DNA from: Octopus bimaculoides
Taxonomy: Eukaryota
DNA: 45,641 bases
Direction of reading: 5' to 3'
Assembly (NCBI RefSeq): GCF_001194135.2
Contig: NC_068985.1
Span: forward strand, 100,575,400 to 100,621,040
Below the pieces are notes generated by a model. It searched no databases. It saw only the letters and a list, made by a program, of their open reading frames with translations, and had not been told where the DNA came from. Position 1 is the first letter of the stretch; every line of letters begins with the position of its first letter. Positions 24,870-37,590 of the stretch are shown in pieces. The translations under genes and the position numbers were made by a program.

Positions 24870-26342
24870 GTACAGATGTGCGTATGTTGTATGTGTATAA
24901 ACAGTGTTTAGCTATCCAATACCACCATCTACTGGGAGTAATTCTCTAGTTTCTGGAAAGTAATATGGAATATCGAACGAAACGCCACACACATTCCGAC
25001 AATATCTGTACTTTGATCCTTGTATTTTGTAATATTTATTTCTATAATGTTATCCGGAACCTGTTCGTCTATGAAGATAACAAACTAGTATAAATTTACG
25101 TCGTAAAAAAGGCTATTTAAAAGCTTGAAATATAGAAAATGAACATTGCGGTTTCGCAATGATGCTTGATAGGTCGCCATCAAAGTACGTAAAATCAAAT
25201 TAGAACCAATATTTTTGATAATTCTATCTAGTTTTAGGCAGGATTCGATTAAGTTTTCCCTTTCTAGACCTATTTAGAAAGACTTAGTATTGATATAATA
25301 CGCTTTGGAACCACATCCCAGCTATCTAACATGACTAAATCTAAATAAACCGAAGCGTTTTATTGCGACTAATATTATGTTTAAAATATTTAGAAATTAA
25401 GATTATTTTTATTCCGTATGACAATAGCGTTATTTTACTTTTTATTTCTACATATTTGTTTTAGATTTTACAATTACTGTTATTATTGCTTTATATCAGA
25501 TTTTAGGACGATGCCTCCAACTATTTAGCGTTTTTGCACTATGTTTGTGTTCGTTTCGCAACATAATATCATTTTCAATCCCACTAGAATCTAATTCCTA
25601 AAAATTAGGTTGTAACAAAGTTGATAAACTTAAATATTATCTGTATGTGTGGGTGTGTGTATGTACATATGTATATGTATTTCCTTCTTTGTCTCTCTCC
25701 CTCATTGTATATATATACATATACATACATATATACATATATACATACACACACACTCACACAGATATATATGATTCAGTTTCTTCTAAAATTTCGAAAA
25801 TAAATGTATATGTTTGAACACAATTCATAATGTATCATTAATCCAATATCTATATCAAAAGAGGGTCATGGAAGTTCATAGCGTTAGATTTACATCAGTA
25901 GAGAAAGGCGTATATAGAGCACAGAATAGAGAGATAACGCGGTATATATGAGAGGTCAACACCCACCGGCTCGCCGACTAATATCGGGCCGGGGATCAAT
26001 TGATACCAGGCCGTACATGCACAGAAAGTATAAATCTTTAAATTCTATTTCTATCTTGTTCACCAATGCAGTCAACAGAGTGTTTATGCATTACATATGT
26101 ATCATATGTACGACATGGATGTACTACATATGCAATAATTAAAACTATATATTAAGCATTTTTATTGTGTTTCGTACTACTCGTAGTCTAAACTCTGTGG
26201 AAAAAAAATGTCTTGCATGAAACGGGTCCGTGGGTAAAAATCGGTCGGTGGCCGGTAAGATGCATTTTTAATATCCTTGCAGTTTTAACCTCGCTGTGAT
26301 AAGGAAACGAAGCTTTTTAACTAATAGATTATAACCAGATCA

Positions 26343-26378
<36 letters not shown>

Positions 26379-26573
26379 CAGCAGCAGTAGTAGTAGTAAT
26401 TATAGTTGTGTATATTCTTACATTGCAACGCACTTTATAAGAACCGCAAATTACAACATGAGCTTTTGTAAACCTAATGATGAATTCTATGAAGATTTGG
26501 CTGTTATTTCTAGGAAGTCGAACGACTACATAAAGACCTACTTTTTTGTTTGATTTGGGAACATCTCTTTATT

Positions 26574-26930
26574 GGGCAACTCGGCTCAGTAGTTAGAGCA
26601 TCAGGCTCTCAATCATAAGGGAGTGACTTCGATTCTAGGACAGGGTTGTTTGTTGTGTTATTGGGCGAGACACTTTATTTCACGTTTGCTTCACAGTTCA
26701 CTCAGTCGTAGAAATGAATTGCGACGTCATTGGTTCCAAGCTGTGTCGGCCGTTGCCTTTCCCTTGGATAACATTGTTGGCGTGGAGAGAGGAGAGTGGA
26801 GATTGGTGTGCATGGGCGGCTGCTGGTCTTCCGTAAACAACCTTGCTCCAACTAGTCCCCCGTGGTGGTGAGGGAACTTTCTAGGTGCAATCCCCAGGTC
26901 ATTCATGACCGATGTGAGTCTTTGCACTTT
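26574..26930 (+). mobile_element. tRNA-derived SINE, third family
   Basis: A-box-like CGGCTCAGTAGTTAGAGCAT, B-box-like GACTTCGATTCT, then TTGGGCGAGACACTTTATTTCACG..CAGTTCACTCAG; GC-rich island in AT-rich flanks. Confidence 0.7.
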
Positions 26931-28149
26931 AGTACTTATTCAGGACTGAATGCTTGAGTTTTAGTTGGGCAGAAGTTAATAGATGCAATGTGTGAAAAAA
27001 ATAACAAGCGAAAAACAATACAATTTTGTTTATTATTGTCAGTCTACTTCACATAGCTGCGTTGTATGATGACATTAAACGAATTAAAAATCATTTCCGG
27101 CCTTAATATGTTACAAGATTTATATTCTAGCCTGCAGATCCGGCCTATCACATTTACCCTTCAATGCCATTTTAAATTATATAATCACATCATCATTATT
27201 TCAAAGCCACAAAATAATACATGATTAATTACAAACAATGTAAATACAAAGCTGTTACATTTAACAGAATGAGGTGAACGCTAAAAGGTTAAAGTATAAA
27301 CTGATTCATGACAATAGACCAGTTGTTTTGTTCTGTATATTGTGTAAAATGAATAAAAATTTGAACAATTGATGGAATTTATAAATAAGTTTATTGAATG
27401 TCCTAGAAAGAATCAATGTATGTCTATATGAACTTATGGGTTTTCTAATGCTTCAGACGAAAAAAAAAATTGAAAAAGAAAAATGTTTGTATTGAAGAAG
27501 ACTGGAATATATAATTATATTGAAGATTTGATTCATTAATTATTGTGTTACAGTTTCATCTTGAGAGGCAGAACTATATAGTAATACTGAATAAAGTGAT
27601 GAAGAGAGCTATGCATTTCAAAGGGAAATTAAGATGTATGTAAAATAATAAATTGCAGTACAGGGGGAAAAAAATGGTAGGTATATATAAAGAGAAAATA
27701 GAGGTGAGGCGGAAGACAGAAAATAATTAGGAGAAAGGAATATATACAGGTACAAATCAACGTCATATATGCTGTATAATGGGCCCTTATATTAAAGATA
27801 TCTATCATTAGTGTTAATAGGTGGAATAAATGCTATTTTATTAGAAACTTATACGAGAATGTAACTGAAACTGAGAGCAAAAATAATAACTAAAATTTAC
27901 AAACAGTAATGGTAAGTAAAATCTGAAAAATGAGGAAAAGCACAAGTTAGATGGAAGCAAATTAAAGCGTTAAAGAGATTAAAGTTAATGGATATCGTAT
28001 AATGGATGCTGGAATATGTATGGTCTCAATGAATATCAGTTTCGTAAAAATGAAATGAATATATTTGTGATGTTGGTGTTGCTAGTAATAATGTTTTCAA
28101 AATAATTTCTACTATTATTATAATTTTATGTTGTAATAACTTCCACTAT

Positions 28150-28230
28150 ACATATACTAAGACTGGAACGAAGATTAGCATGGCCAATGCGCAAGGATAA
28201 CACGGAAATTTCTGAAGTGTTCTATATTCT
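28150..28230 (+). pseudogene. U6: U6 snRNA pseudogene, 5'-truncated or decayed, ACAGAG box deleted
   Basis: ACATATACTAAGACTGGAACG/AAGATTAGCATGGCCAATGCGCAAGGATAACACGGAAATTTCTGAAGTGTTCTATATTCT aligns to metazoan U6 (recalled consensus) with about 11 substitutions in 81 nt and one 8-nt deletion (ATACAGAG). Confidence 0.92.
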
Positions 28231-28233
28231 GAT

Positions 28234-28430
28234 GGCGGGGAGCAGACAGAATCGTTAGCGTATCGTACAAACTCTCCAACGGCATTTCGTGTCTTTATGT
28301 TCTATGATCGAATTGTACCGAGATAGTATCGTTTAGGGGTTGATAAATGAAAGTACCAGTCTAGCACTGAGGTCAATGTGATTGACTGTCCCGCTCCCCA
28401 TAAATTTCAGATCTTGTGTCTATTCAAAAA
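28234..28430 (+). mobile_element. Diverged tRNA-derived SINE (GGCGGCGAGCTGG family)
   Basis: Head GGCGGGGAGCAGACAGAATCGTTAGC, core GGGGTTGATAAATGAAAGTACCAG, tail AAATTTCAGATCTTGTGTCT. Confidence 0.75.
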
Positions 28431-29307
28431 TTCAGTAACGAGTTAACACCTCCAAAACAACGTCTCTCTCTCTCTGACAAACACAAAAATTATAACAACA
28501 GCAACACCATCTACTCATTTGTCACCATCTATAGCATTTTTATGTACAACACAACCTGTAGACGGCAATAAGTAAAACCAATGTAAACGTGCCTACTACA
28601 TGGTGAAGTCTTAACTTAGGACCCCAAAGATACTAAATAGACAGGAAAAGGGTTTTGGATGACTATTTAGGAAGAAAACAAATGTCACTAAATAAAGCTT
28701 GCTATTTTGCCTGACCTATGAGTAGCATCGCATCAACATTCGGAGATAAACGCAAACTAGTTAAATTTCTTTGAGAAATATGGTAATCAAAAATATTAGG
28801 AATGCGAACATGAAGTATATATTTTAAAAGTATCGGTACAGTGTTTCTACTTAAGCTTGAGATTTTTCTGCTGTCATAATTAGTTTGACACAAACGTAGG
28901 TGTTTCTTCACTGGTTTTTAATTTACTAAAATCATATTTCCTTTTACAATTCTCTATCTCATATGTTCGATAGCTTTAATGAAATATTTTCTCTTGGTGT
29001 ATTGTCACCTTAGCTATTTACTTTATACAATTTAAAGATGATTTGTGTACAAAACATCTGCGTATCGACATATTTTATCTTAGAAGTGACAACAACAAAG
29101 AAAACATGAAGAAAGCATAGTTCTTTCAGAAACAATATCACAATATTATCATACAATCTAATTTATCGTCATAGACTTCAGTATTCTCTCCAGCAGTGAA
29201 ACGATCGACGAAAATATGAGTTTTAAAATGTACCTAATATTCTAAGAAATTCTTACAAATTCTCACCATCAAAACAAGTACGACCGAATCTTTTTAATGT
29301 ATTTTTC

Positions 29308-29460
29308 TTTTATTTGTTTCAGTCATCTTACTGCGGCTATGCTGGAGTACCGTCTTGAAGAATTTTCTAGGCGGACAAATCAACACCAGGACTTATTTTC
29401 CAAGCCTAGCACTTAGTCTATCTGTCTCTTAATTACGTTTGCTGTAAAGACGGGAAAAAA
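29308..29460 (-). mobile_element. 3' half of a SINE (40786 family)
   Basis: TTGTTTCAGTCATCTTACTGCGGCTATGCTGGAGTACCG..CAGGACTTATT..AAGCCTAGCACTT is the reverse complement of the 41130-41225 segment. Confidence 0.8.
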
Positions 29461-30889
29461 CAAAGGGAAAAGAAACAACTTACGATAGAACAACGTTTTG
29501 TTAGTTTCAAAATGAAAAACCGAGTGTAGAACTTGAAACATAAGATGCTCTTAGTCGGCCAATTCTAAATAGAGTTACTAGTTACAGGTAGTTCGCAATG
29601 TTGAATGTATAAAAGTTACAGACGTTAGGGGAGAAATCTAAAGTTTGAGACAAAATCCTCCGTCGGGGAGGGAGATGAAAGATTCACTAGTTTTGCTGAT
29701 TCCGCACTGCTTGTATATACTCTAACGTAGGAATCTCTCCAAAAATTATAGATTTTCTTTCCACCTCACGGCTAACATTCATTGTTAGCTTTGTGTGTCT
29801 TTAAGAATCCATAGACCAAATTCTACTTGAAGAAAGAAAATATTGATTCTATACAGTTACCTTTCATTCTTTGAAAAAATTCTTGACCTGAAACTGAATG
29901 CAGAACGCATAGAAAAGATAGGAGATTTTGTATAAGTTTTTAAATGGCATTTAATGTTAATATTGTTTGCTCCATAAATCGCGTAAATGTTAAATAATGA
30001 ATGTATACAATAAACGTTTTCAAATTAGGCTCAAAGTAAGAAATTTTCAGAGGGATTAATGAGTGGATGCCATTCATATCCCAGTACTTGACTGATATTG
30101 CATTTTATCGACACTAAAGCACTGTGGAGAGTTGTACCCACAACGTGAAGAGCCGTAATCTTGCAAATATATTATATTTTGACGCTCTAATGTTTATGAT
30201 AGATCACTTCTTTCGATAACTACATGTAGCAAGATATATAAATGTTAAAATGTTGTATAGGATTTACGCAATTTGTGCTGTGCAATATATATATGTGTGG
30301 TGGCAGAAATAAATTAGCATTGTGTAATAATGTAGTTTTGTGTTTTAAATAAGATCGTTTAAAAGGTAGACTTGCAATTTTTCGTTTTTTTTATAGCATT
30401 TGTATTTAGTGTTGTTTCATTTTTACATTCCAACATTGACAAAGTTTTACCAATAAATTATTACATAATGGGTTCGACTTTCTGGGACAGATCTAAAGTA
30501 GCAAATATTGATTAATATATAAAGAAGTATTTCTATATGGAATGTTTAAAGAATTGTCTAACCATTTCCTCGTAGACTATCAAATACCAATCGTATATGT
30601 GGCCAATATTCCACCACTATAGCTATTTTAGCCAAAAAAAAAAATCAGAAAGACAGCATTGCGTTGCATTGTATATACAATCAAAACTATTTTCTAGTGT
30701 TTGTCATATTTTGCTTTTAATAGATTTCCTTCTTCGCATAATTCATAGGTCTGCTGAAAACTTATCGTTGAAAACTTATAGTACATTGGATATGTATTTC
30801 CCATTAAAATAACTTGCAATTGATGGAACATTTCTCAGCAAAAAAGTTTGTTCCTTTTTTAATTCTCGACATTATACTTAGTCACATTT

Positions 30890-31050
30890 CTTCCGGCTTT
30901 GCGTCCTCAGTTCAAATTCCGCCGAGGCGAGCTTCGTCTTTTATTCTTTCGGGGTCAATAAAGTAAGAACTAGTTGAAGAGTGTGGTCTATGTAAGCGAC
31001 TAACTTCCATTTCCAAGATATCAAGACTTGTGCCATTAGTAGGAAACATT
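30890..31050 (+). mobile_element. 5'-truncated SINE (GGCGGCGAGCTGG family)
   Basis: AGTTCAAATTCCGCCGAGG..TTCTTTCGGGGTCAATAAAG..ACTTGTGCC. Confidence 0.75.
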
Positions 31051-31109
31051 TAGGAATCATTAGCAATAATATTTAGACTTTTGGCATTTGTATCATTCCA
31101 ATATCCAGT

Positions 31110-31725
31110 CACAGGGTCCCGATCTCATGGTTCTGGGTTCACTCTCATTGTGTAGCAATTTGGACAACTATTTTTTTAAGCATGGCCTGGGACCGCCAAT
31201 GCTTCATTAGCGGATTTTGTAGACAGAAACTATTTAAAAATTATTAGATATCTTTCACTGAGGAGGGAGCCGGATGCCAACAAAGGTACAAGGCTTCACA
31301 TTTGGAACTTGAGAAAGGTCTTGCATATTGTTACCTTTCCACTCACAGATTGCACTTGAAATGTACCAATTAGTCGGTCGATTTCTCTTTCAGAAAATCC
31401 CAGTTTATCCAGATTCTCCTATGTATGTATGTATGTGTGTATGTATGTATGTATGCATGTACGTACGTATATACCTACGCATGTACGTATGTATGTATGT
31501 ATGTATGTATCTATGTATGTGTGTGAGTGTGCAAGTTTGTCCTCCACCAGCGCTTGTTAACCGTTATGGGTGTGTTTGCGTTCCTGTGATTTAGGAGTTC
31601 TGGAAAAAAAACAGCCATAAAACAAGCACCATACATAAAAAAATGTACAAGGATCAATCTTTTTCGACTAGACACTTCACTGTGTTGCCTCAGCATGGCC
31701 GCAGTCCAATAATGAAAATAGGTAT
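31110..31725 (+). mobile_element. Diverged SINE (40786 family) interrupted by a LINE fragment
   Basis: 5' part CATGGTTCTGGGTTCA..GCGGATTTTGTAGACAGAAACT; 3' part TTTGTCCTCCACC..CAGCATGGCCGCAGTCC. Confidence 0.65.
31250..31420 (-). mobile_element. 3' end of an R4/Dong-like (RLE) non-LTR retrotransposon
   Basis: Minus-strand 31418-31296 reads ENLDKLGFSEREIDRLIGTFQVQSVSGKVTICKTFLKFQM*, resembling recalled C-termini of RLE-clade elements (L.KLG......L...Q......I.K.F). A short 3' UTR ends in a TAATAAT-like tail. Confidence 0.6.
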
Positions 31726-32073
31726 AAGGATCGAGAATTTAAGCAATCATTCTATCAATGATATTACATTAATTTTTTATGGAAAGAAATATTGAAATAT
31801 AAATGTATGATGGAACTTCTCAGCAGCATGTTTTAATTCTCCCAAGTTTCCAATATCAAATATTAGTATTTCTGAGAGAATATTTAATCATCATTAAACA
31901 ATGTTTCGTCAGAACGTTGAATAGAAAAGAACGTTACAACTACCAAATTTCTTGATTTCTCGCATAGAGAAAATTGTTGTATTATTCAGAAAGTAATATT
32001 TCTCAGAACTGCCAAGATCTGTCTGAGTCAACGGTTACGTTCTCAATATATATACGAAAAAAAAAAAAAAGAC

Positions 32074-32129
<56 letters not shown>

Positions 32130-32367
32130 NNNNNNNNNNNNNNNNNNNNNNNNNNNNNNNNNNNNNNNNNNNNNNNNNNNNNNNNNNNNNNNNNNNNNNN
32201 NNNNNNNNNNNNNNNNNNNNNNNNNNNNNNNNNNNNNNNNNNNNNNNNNNNNNNNNNNNNNNNNNNNNNNNNNNNNNNNNNNNNNNNNNNNNNNNNNNNN
32301 NNNNNNNNNNNNNNNNNNNNNNNNNNNNNNNNNNNNNNNNNNNNNNNNNNNNNNNNNNNNNNNNNNN

Positions 32368-32414
<47 letters not shown>

Positions 32415-33204
32415 GAGAGAGACAGAGAGACAGAGAGAGAGACAGACAGAGAGAGAGACAGACAGAGATGGAGAGAGAGATGGAGAGAGAAAAGGAGACG
32501 GGAAGAAAGATACATAGAGAGAAAGGGGTAGGATGAGGGAGATATGATTTATGAAATACAGATACAAGATGTTTATAGAGTAAACTTTATGTAAAAAAAA
32601 GACTAGAACAAGAAACGATTTTATAGCAGGATTAACAAATTACATACAAAGTGAATGTACTCCGTCGTTTTTAATAAACAGACACACACACACACACATA
32701 CACACACATATATATATTTATAGGAATGGCTCATTGAAGAAGTCGTAGAAATAATTTTGCAAAGTTTGAAAATGTAAGAATTTATATAGAATTAGGTCAG
32801 CATTAACAAAATCCATTCTCATGAGGAGTTTTCTCTTGCATCCATATTATCTGCAATAAGCTTACATCTGCCTAAATCGTGTTTCACACAATAAAGAAAT
32901 TGTAGATTAAAATAAAAATGTTCTGGCTGTAATATAATATAGAGGTAATATTATACATTGTGAAAAAAGCAAAAAAAATGGGTTATGCTTAATAATATTC
33001 AGGGGAGGATAGAAATGTGATTCTACGACTTGTTTTGTGTGTGTATGTGTGTGTATGTGTATGTGTATGTGTTCGTGTCTGTGTATGTGTATTCGAATTA
33101 TCGTCATTATTTTATTAACTTATAACAGAAAATAATGCGAAATAATGACCAATAATCCATGCAAAGTAACTCACAGAAAAATAGCGACGCCTGATCCGAA
33201 TGAA

Positions 33205-33279
33205 TACAAACAACAACAACAGCAACAACAACAACAACAACTACAACAAAAACAACAACAAAAACAATAATAATGATGC

Positions 33280-33324
<45 letters not shown>

Positions 33325-33350
33325 TAATAATAATAATAATGATAATAATA
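33205..33350. repeat. Compound (AAC)n(AAT)n microsatellite
   Basis: Read directly. Confidence 0.95.
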
Positions 33351-33408
33351 AAGGAATATATAAATAAATAATGATACGTAAACAAGTTTTCAAATATCTA
33401 TGAGTGTG

Positions 33409-33509
<101 letters not shown>

Positions 33510-33733
33510 GTGTGTGTGTGCATATACACATATGCACATTTACATAAACGTAATTGATGATATTAAAATTAAAAAAAAACATATCGGCTAAATATATATA
33601 TGTATATTATTGTAACATGTATGCATTCACACAGACGTACGCTCATGTACACATTCATAAGCATACTTATATATATATATATATATATATGATGTAGACA
33701 TGTGTGTATATATGTATAGAATAATATATATAT

Positions 33734-33773
<40 letters not shown>

Positions 33774-36103
33774 NNNNNNNNNNNNNNNNNNNNNNNNNNN
33801 NNNNNNNNNTATATATTCATAACGACTCGTGTGATATACTGTGTACATGTTATACTGTTTATCGGAAGAATGCGTTTGTTGTTTCTTTAAGCAACAAGAA
33901 AGAAATACATCTCTCACCTTGTCAATTCTCATGATTTGTAAGTCATCTGATAGATGTATTTTGACTAAATCCATTGAAGTTTGAATGTATTATAAAAATG
34001 TATTAATCAGAATACAATATGAAGTCAGAAAAATATTATTTCCTAGAAATAATGTAAATATGTTAAGAAAAATATTGTTCGGATAAATATAAGCTAAGGA
34101 CGAAAGTTATTTTTTCATCAGTTTTAATTGTTTATGATTAGACTTAGTTCTTAGAAAGAATAGATGTTTTCTTTGTCGAGTACATACTTGAATACTAAAT
34201 GCACAATATATGACAATTCAAAATCTCTCCATCGCATAAATATCAGACTTTCAACGTTTGCATTTATACTTGTGCAAAGAGAATAATTTAGAAATGAACT
34301 TATATGTATAACCAGGATATCATCTATCATGATCATTTTTTACAAAGGCTGCTTTCGTCTCTAATCGCAAATTTATACAGAGCCAAACGGTCTTTCGCCT
34401 TATGAACGATTGATTAATCAGTATTAAACTATATCGGTTTGACGGAATTTCCATGTGGTTTCGGTGCTAAGATGCCCGTGACTGCGGAAGCGAAAATTAC
34501 AGGGAAATCACATGATACAACAAATTCATCTGCCAGTGCTGACGAAATGTCCTCTGCCGATATAATCTGTGCTTTTCAACACTGAACGTCGGTTAGTGAT
34601 GATGTCTCAGGAGAATTACAATAGTTCACAACGTTTAAATTAACATATCGAAGTTAAGTAGTTGTGAAAATTAATATATATTTTTAAATGAACGGGATCA
34701 ATCTCTGCATGATAAAAATCAACATGGAATTTCAAGTTGAACTGATCTCAATGTATATCCTTATACAACACTTCTAAATGGTCGACTTGAAAAGTTGTCA
34801 GGATAAGAGTTAAATACTTTTAAATTTTAGTTTTCAATGCCGGTACTTGATTCTCGTTGGCTCTTAGCTGCTAAATTTTATATGGTCATTCAAATGTCGA
34901 TATGGTAGTCCGTTGTAACAATGGAATACATGGCCGAGTTAATGAAATTTTCTGTTTCATGTTGCACTGTGTTTCTAAAGATACATAAGAACCCGACATG
35001 TGTGACTTGATCTCACATAATCCTCTGTATCTCTTTTCCGCATAATTAATTTGTGTATTCGAAATCTTTAAAACATTATTCTGATCATTTTCTATGGTTG
35101 TTTACCTTATAATTTATCATGATCTTGAATACATTCTATTAATGACAATACTGCTTTTTTTTTTAGAAATATAATATTTAAGATTATTCTATCAAAATCA
35201 ATTCTCCTGTAGCACGCGAGGCCCTTGTCATATTTAGTAGGTTGAGCGTGAACGTTAACTGCATAATTCATTTGCTTTATATTAGCTTTGAAGCAGCACT
35301 CCTCTCCAAAACCTGTTTTTATGAGTAAAACGTTGCATATGATGGATCTGTTCCTCATTATATACGCCTAGGTAGGACGCCGGTGTTTCGCAAGACCTTG
35401 TTCAATAAACAATCTATTATACGGGGTTTTGAATAGAACAAACATGAGAAGTTGCATGAAATGTTGATAACCACAGTTGTATAGGTTTTACAATCATTTA
35501 TCTCGTTCTACATCTAACACAAGAGAACTAAGTTGTTTTCAGGGCACTGTAAGACGTTTTCTTATGCTCTAACAATTGTGCCAGCTGACCGTGTTTTTAA
35601 GTAAATAATAGTAATGAAATGTATTGTGTTTATTAAATGTGGCATCTTTTGAGTTACGTTACAAAAAAGAACAAAAAACAACACAAAAAAACAACATCAT
35701 CATTGTATCTGTATTTTGTTCTCTTATTTAATTGCAAATTTAAAATCCATTTTGTGTTTAAAAAAAATTCTAAATTTAAAATGGAAATTAGATTATATAC
35801 CAGAAGGTAAGTTAATGAAAGATTGAGATATAATGTTGAAAATGGTGAAAATATTAGAGAAATTAATGTAAGCGTATATTGTAGAATGCCGTGGTGGTAG
35901 TTTACTATATCAAGAAGGTATGGCCATCGTTGAATAAAAAGGAAACTATTCCAGAATTTCTTTAAAAATCTACCATCCTTGAGCTTCATGCCAAATATGC
36001 TAAGCAGTTAATGTAATGAGATAGCAATGATTGAAGGAAAGTGAGAAAGCATTTATAAAGACAAGGTATCGAATTAAAAAATACCCATTATACACATCAT
36101 GAC

Positions 36104-36498
36104 TACCCGTCTGATAAGGTTACAGCGGGTACATGCATCACAACCATATGTACGTGACATAGTAATCTCATATCAAGATAAACAGCGCATAAACTCGCAG
36201 GTGGGGTCCAGTTAGAATTTTCTTCAGGTCGAGGAGCCGTCCAGCTCAAAAGGTCCCTGAATAAGGTTTGTTTAAGGATGTTGAGCAAAACACCCATGTT
36301 TCCAAAGGTGAATTATTCAAACCCCAAATAATTCCTCTCAACACATGGCTATAATGCCCCCCACTACTTCTGCTCATGATCAGAGATGTACATATCATCA
36401 GCCAACAAGAGACATGCGCAACTGGTTAAGGTCAAACAACTGACAAGCAAATCTGTGGTATTAAGCAGAATATTTGCTGTAGCCCATCTTTTAATACC
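36104..36498. repeat. Unclassified interspersed repeat (recalled as common in octopus DNA)
   Basis: Sharply bounded GC-richer block with no ORF; recognition from memory only, with no second copy in this window. Confidence 0.4.
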
Positions 36499-37229
36499 AT
36501 ATTTTATTATTATTGTTATTATTATTGGTAGTAGTATTATTATTACTTAGTCTTTCTTAAATAATTTCGTGATTTCTGTCGAACCTGGGATAAGTAACTG
36601 CTACAAAAATGCCACAGTGCTAATTAATACTCCGGGTAGATATATTTCGTTTCCATTTTTGAAACATTTACAAAATTTTGTTTTGACTCATTCTAATCTG
36701 AATTAAAAGCACATCGATGAAAACTACGCCGTCCTGGGGCCATGAATTAATTACTAAGTATGTAACAGGCTATGAAGTTCTCCAGAATATTCTGCAGTCA
36801 TAAATTTGAAAACAAAAACCCTGTATCTGTACTTAGTGTTAGTTATGTCAGTATGTGTTCATTGCTGTTCATGGACAGATAATTTTCCATCTGGAGGGAC
36901 TGTAACATCATATTTTCTCTACAAGAAAATTATTCGAGCGAATATTACATTTTAATGATTTTAAAACTAAGTTATGTTCTTGAAATAAAGTAAAATAGGT
37001 AACACAAAATTGCTACTGCACTAAATATGTTTTATGTTATTTCAGTGTTTCTTCAGACTGATGTCATTATTCCTACGCAAGGAAGCGATGATAAATTAGT
37101 TTCAAAAAAATGTGGAGTTATATATCTTTAAGATAGTGGCAAAATTCTTAATTTAATGCGCCCATGAAAAATGGGTAGACGTACTCGTAAGAGCATCGGT
37201 TAAAACGAATGGCAATATTTATGTAACCC

Positions 37230-37590
37230 GCCTGTCCGCAGGATCCGAGTCCAAATACTGCCGTTGTCGACTTTATCTTTTATATTTTCGGGGTCGACAT
37301 AACAAGTACCAACCGGTCATTGTGGTCGATGTAATCAACTTGCCCGCTCCCTTGAAATTACTGGCCTTGTGCTAAATTTTAAATCAATATTTAAATAGCG
37401 CGTCTTTATGTTCTGGTTTCAAATTCCACCGACGCCGACTTTACAATTTTTCCTTTTGAGGTCGATGAAATAAATACCAGATGAATACTGGGGTTGATGT
37501 AATCGACTTACCTCCCCCACTAACATTGCTGGTCATGCGCCAAATTATGAAACCAATATTTAAATAGCGCTGTTCACGTTCTGAGTTCAG
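37230..37590 (+). repeat. Tandem of about 2.3 truncated SINE units, period 169 bp
   Basis: Junction AATATTTAAATAGCGC at 37386 and 37555; each unit carries G(G/A)GGTCGA..AAGTACC/AATACC and GATGTAATC.ACTT. Confidence 0.7.

Noticed and set aside
35100-35400. Minus-strand 83-aa ORF as a transposase remnant
   Set aside because: No diagnostic motif could be matched with confidence.
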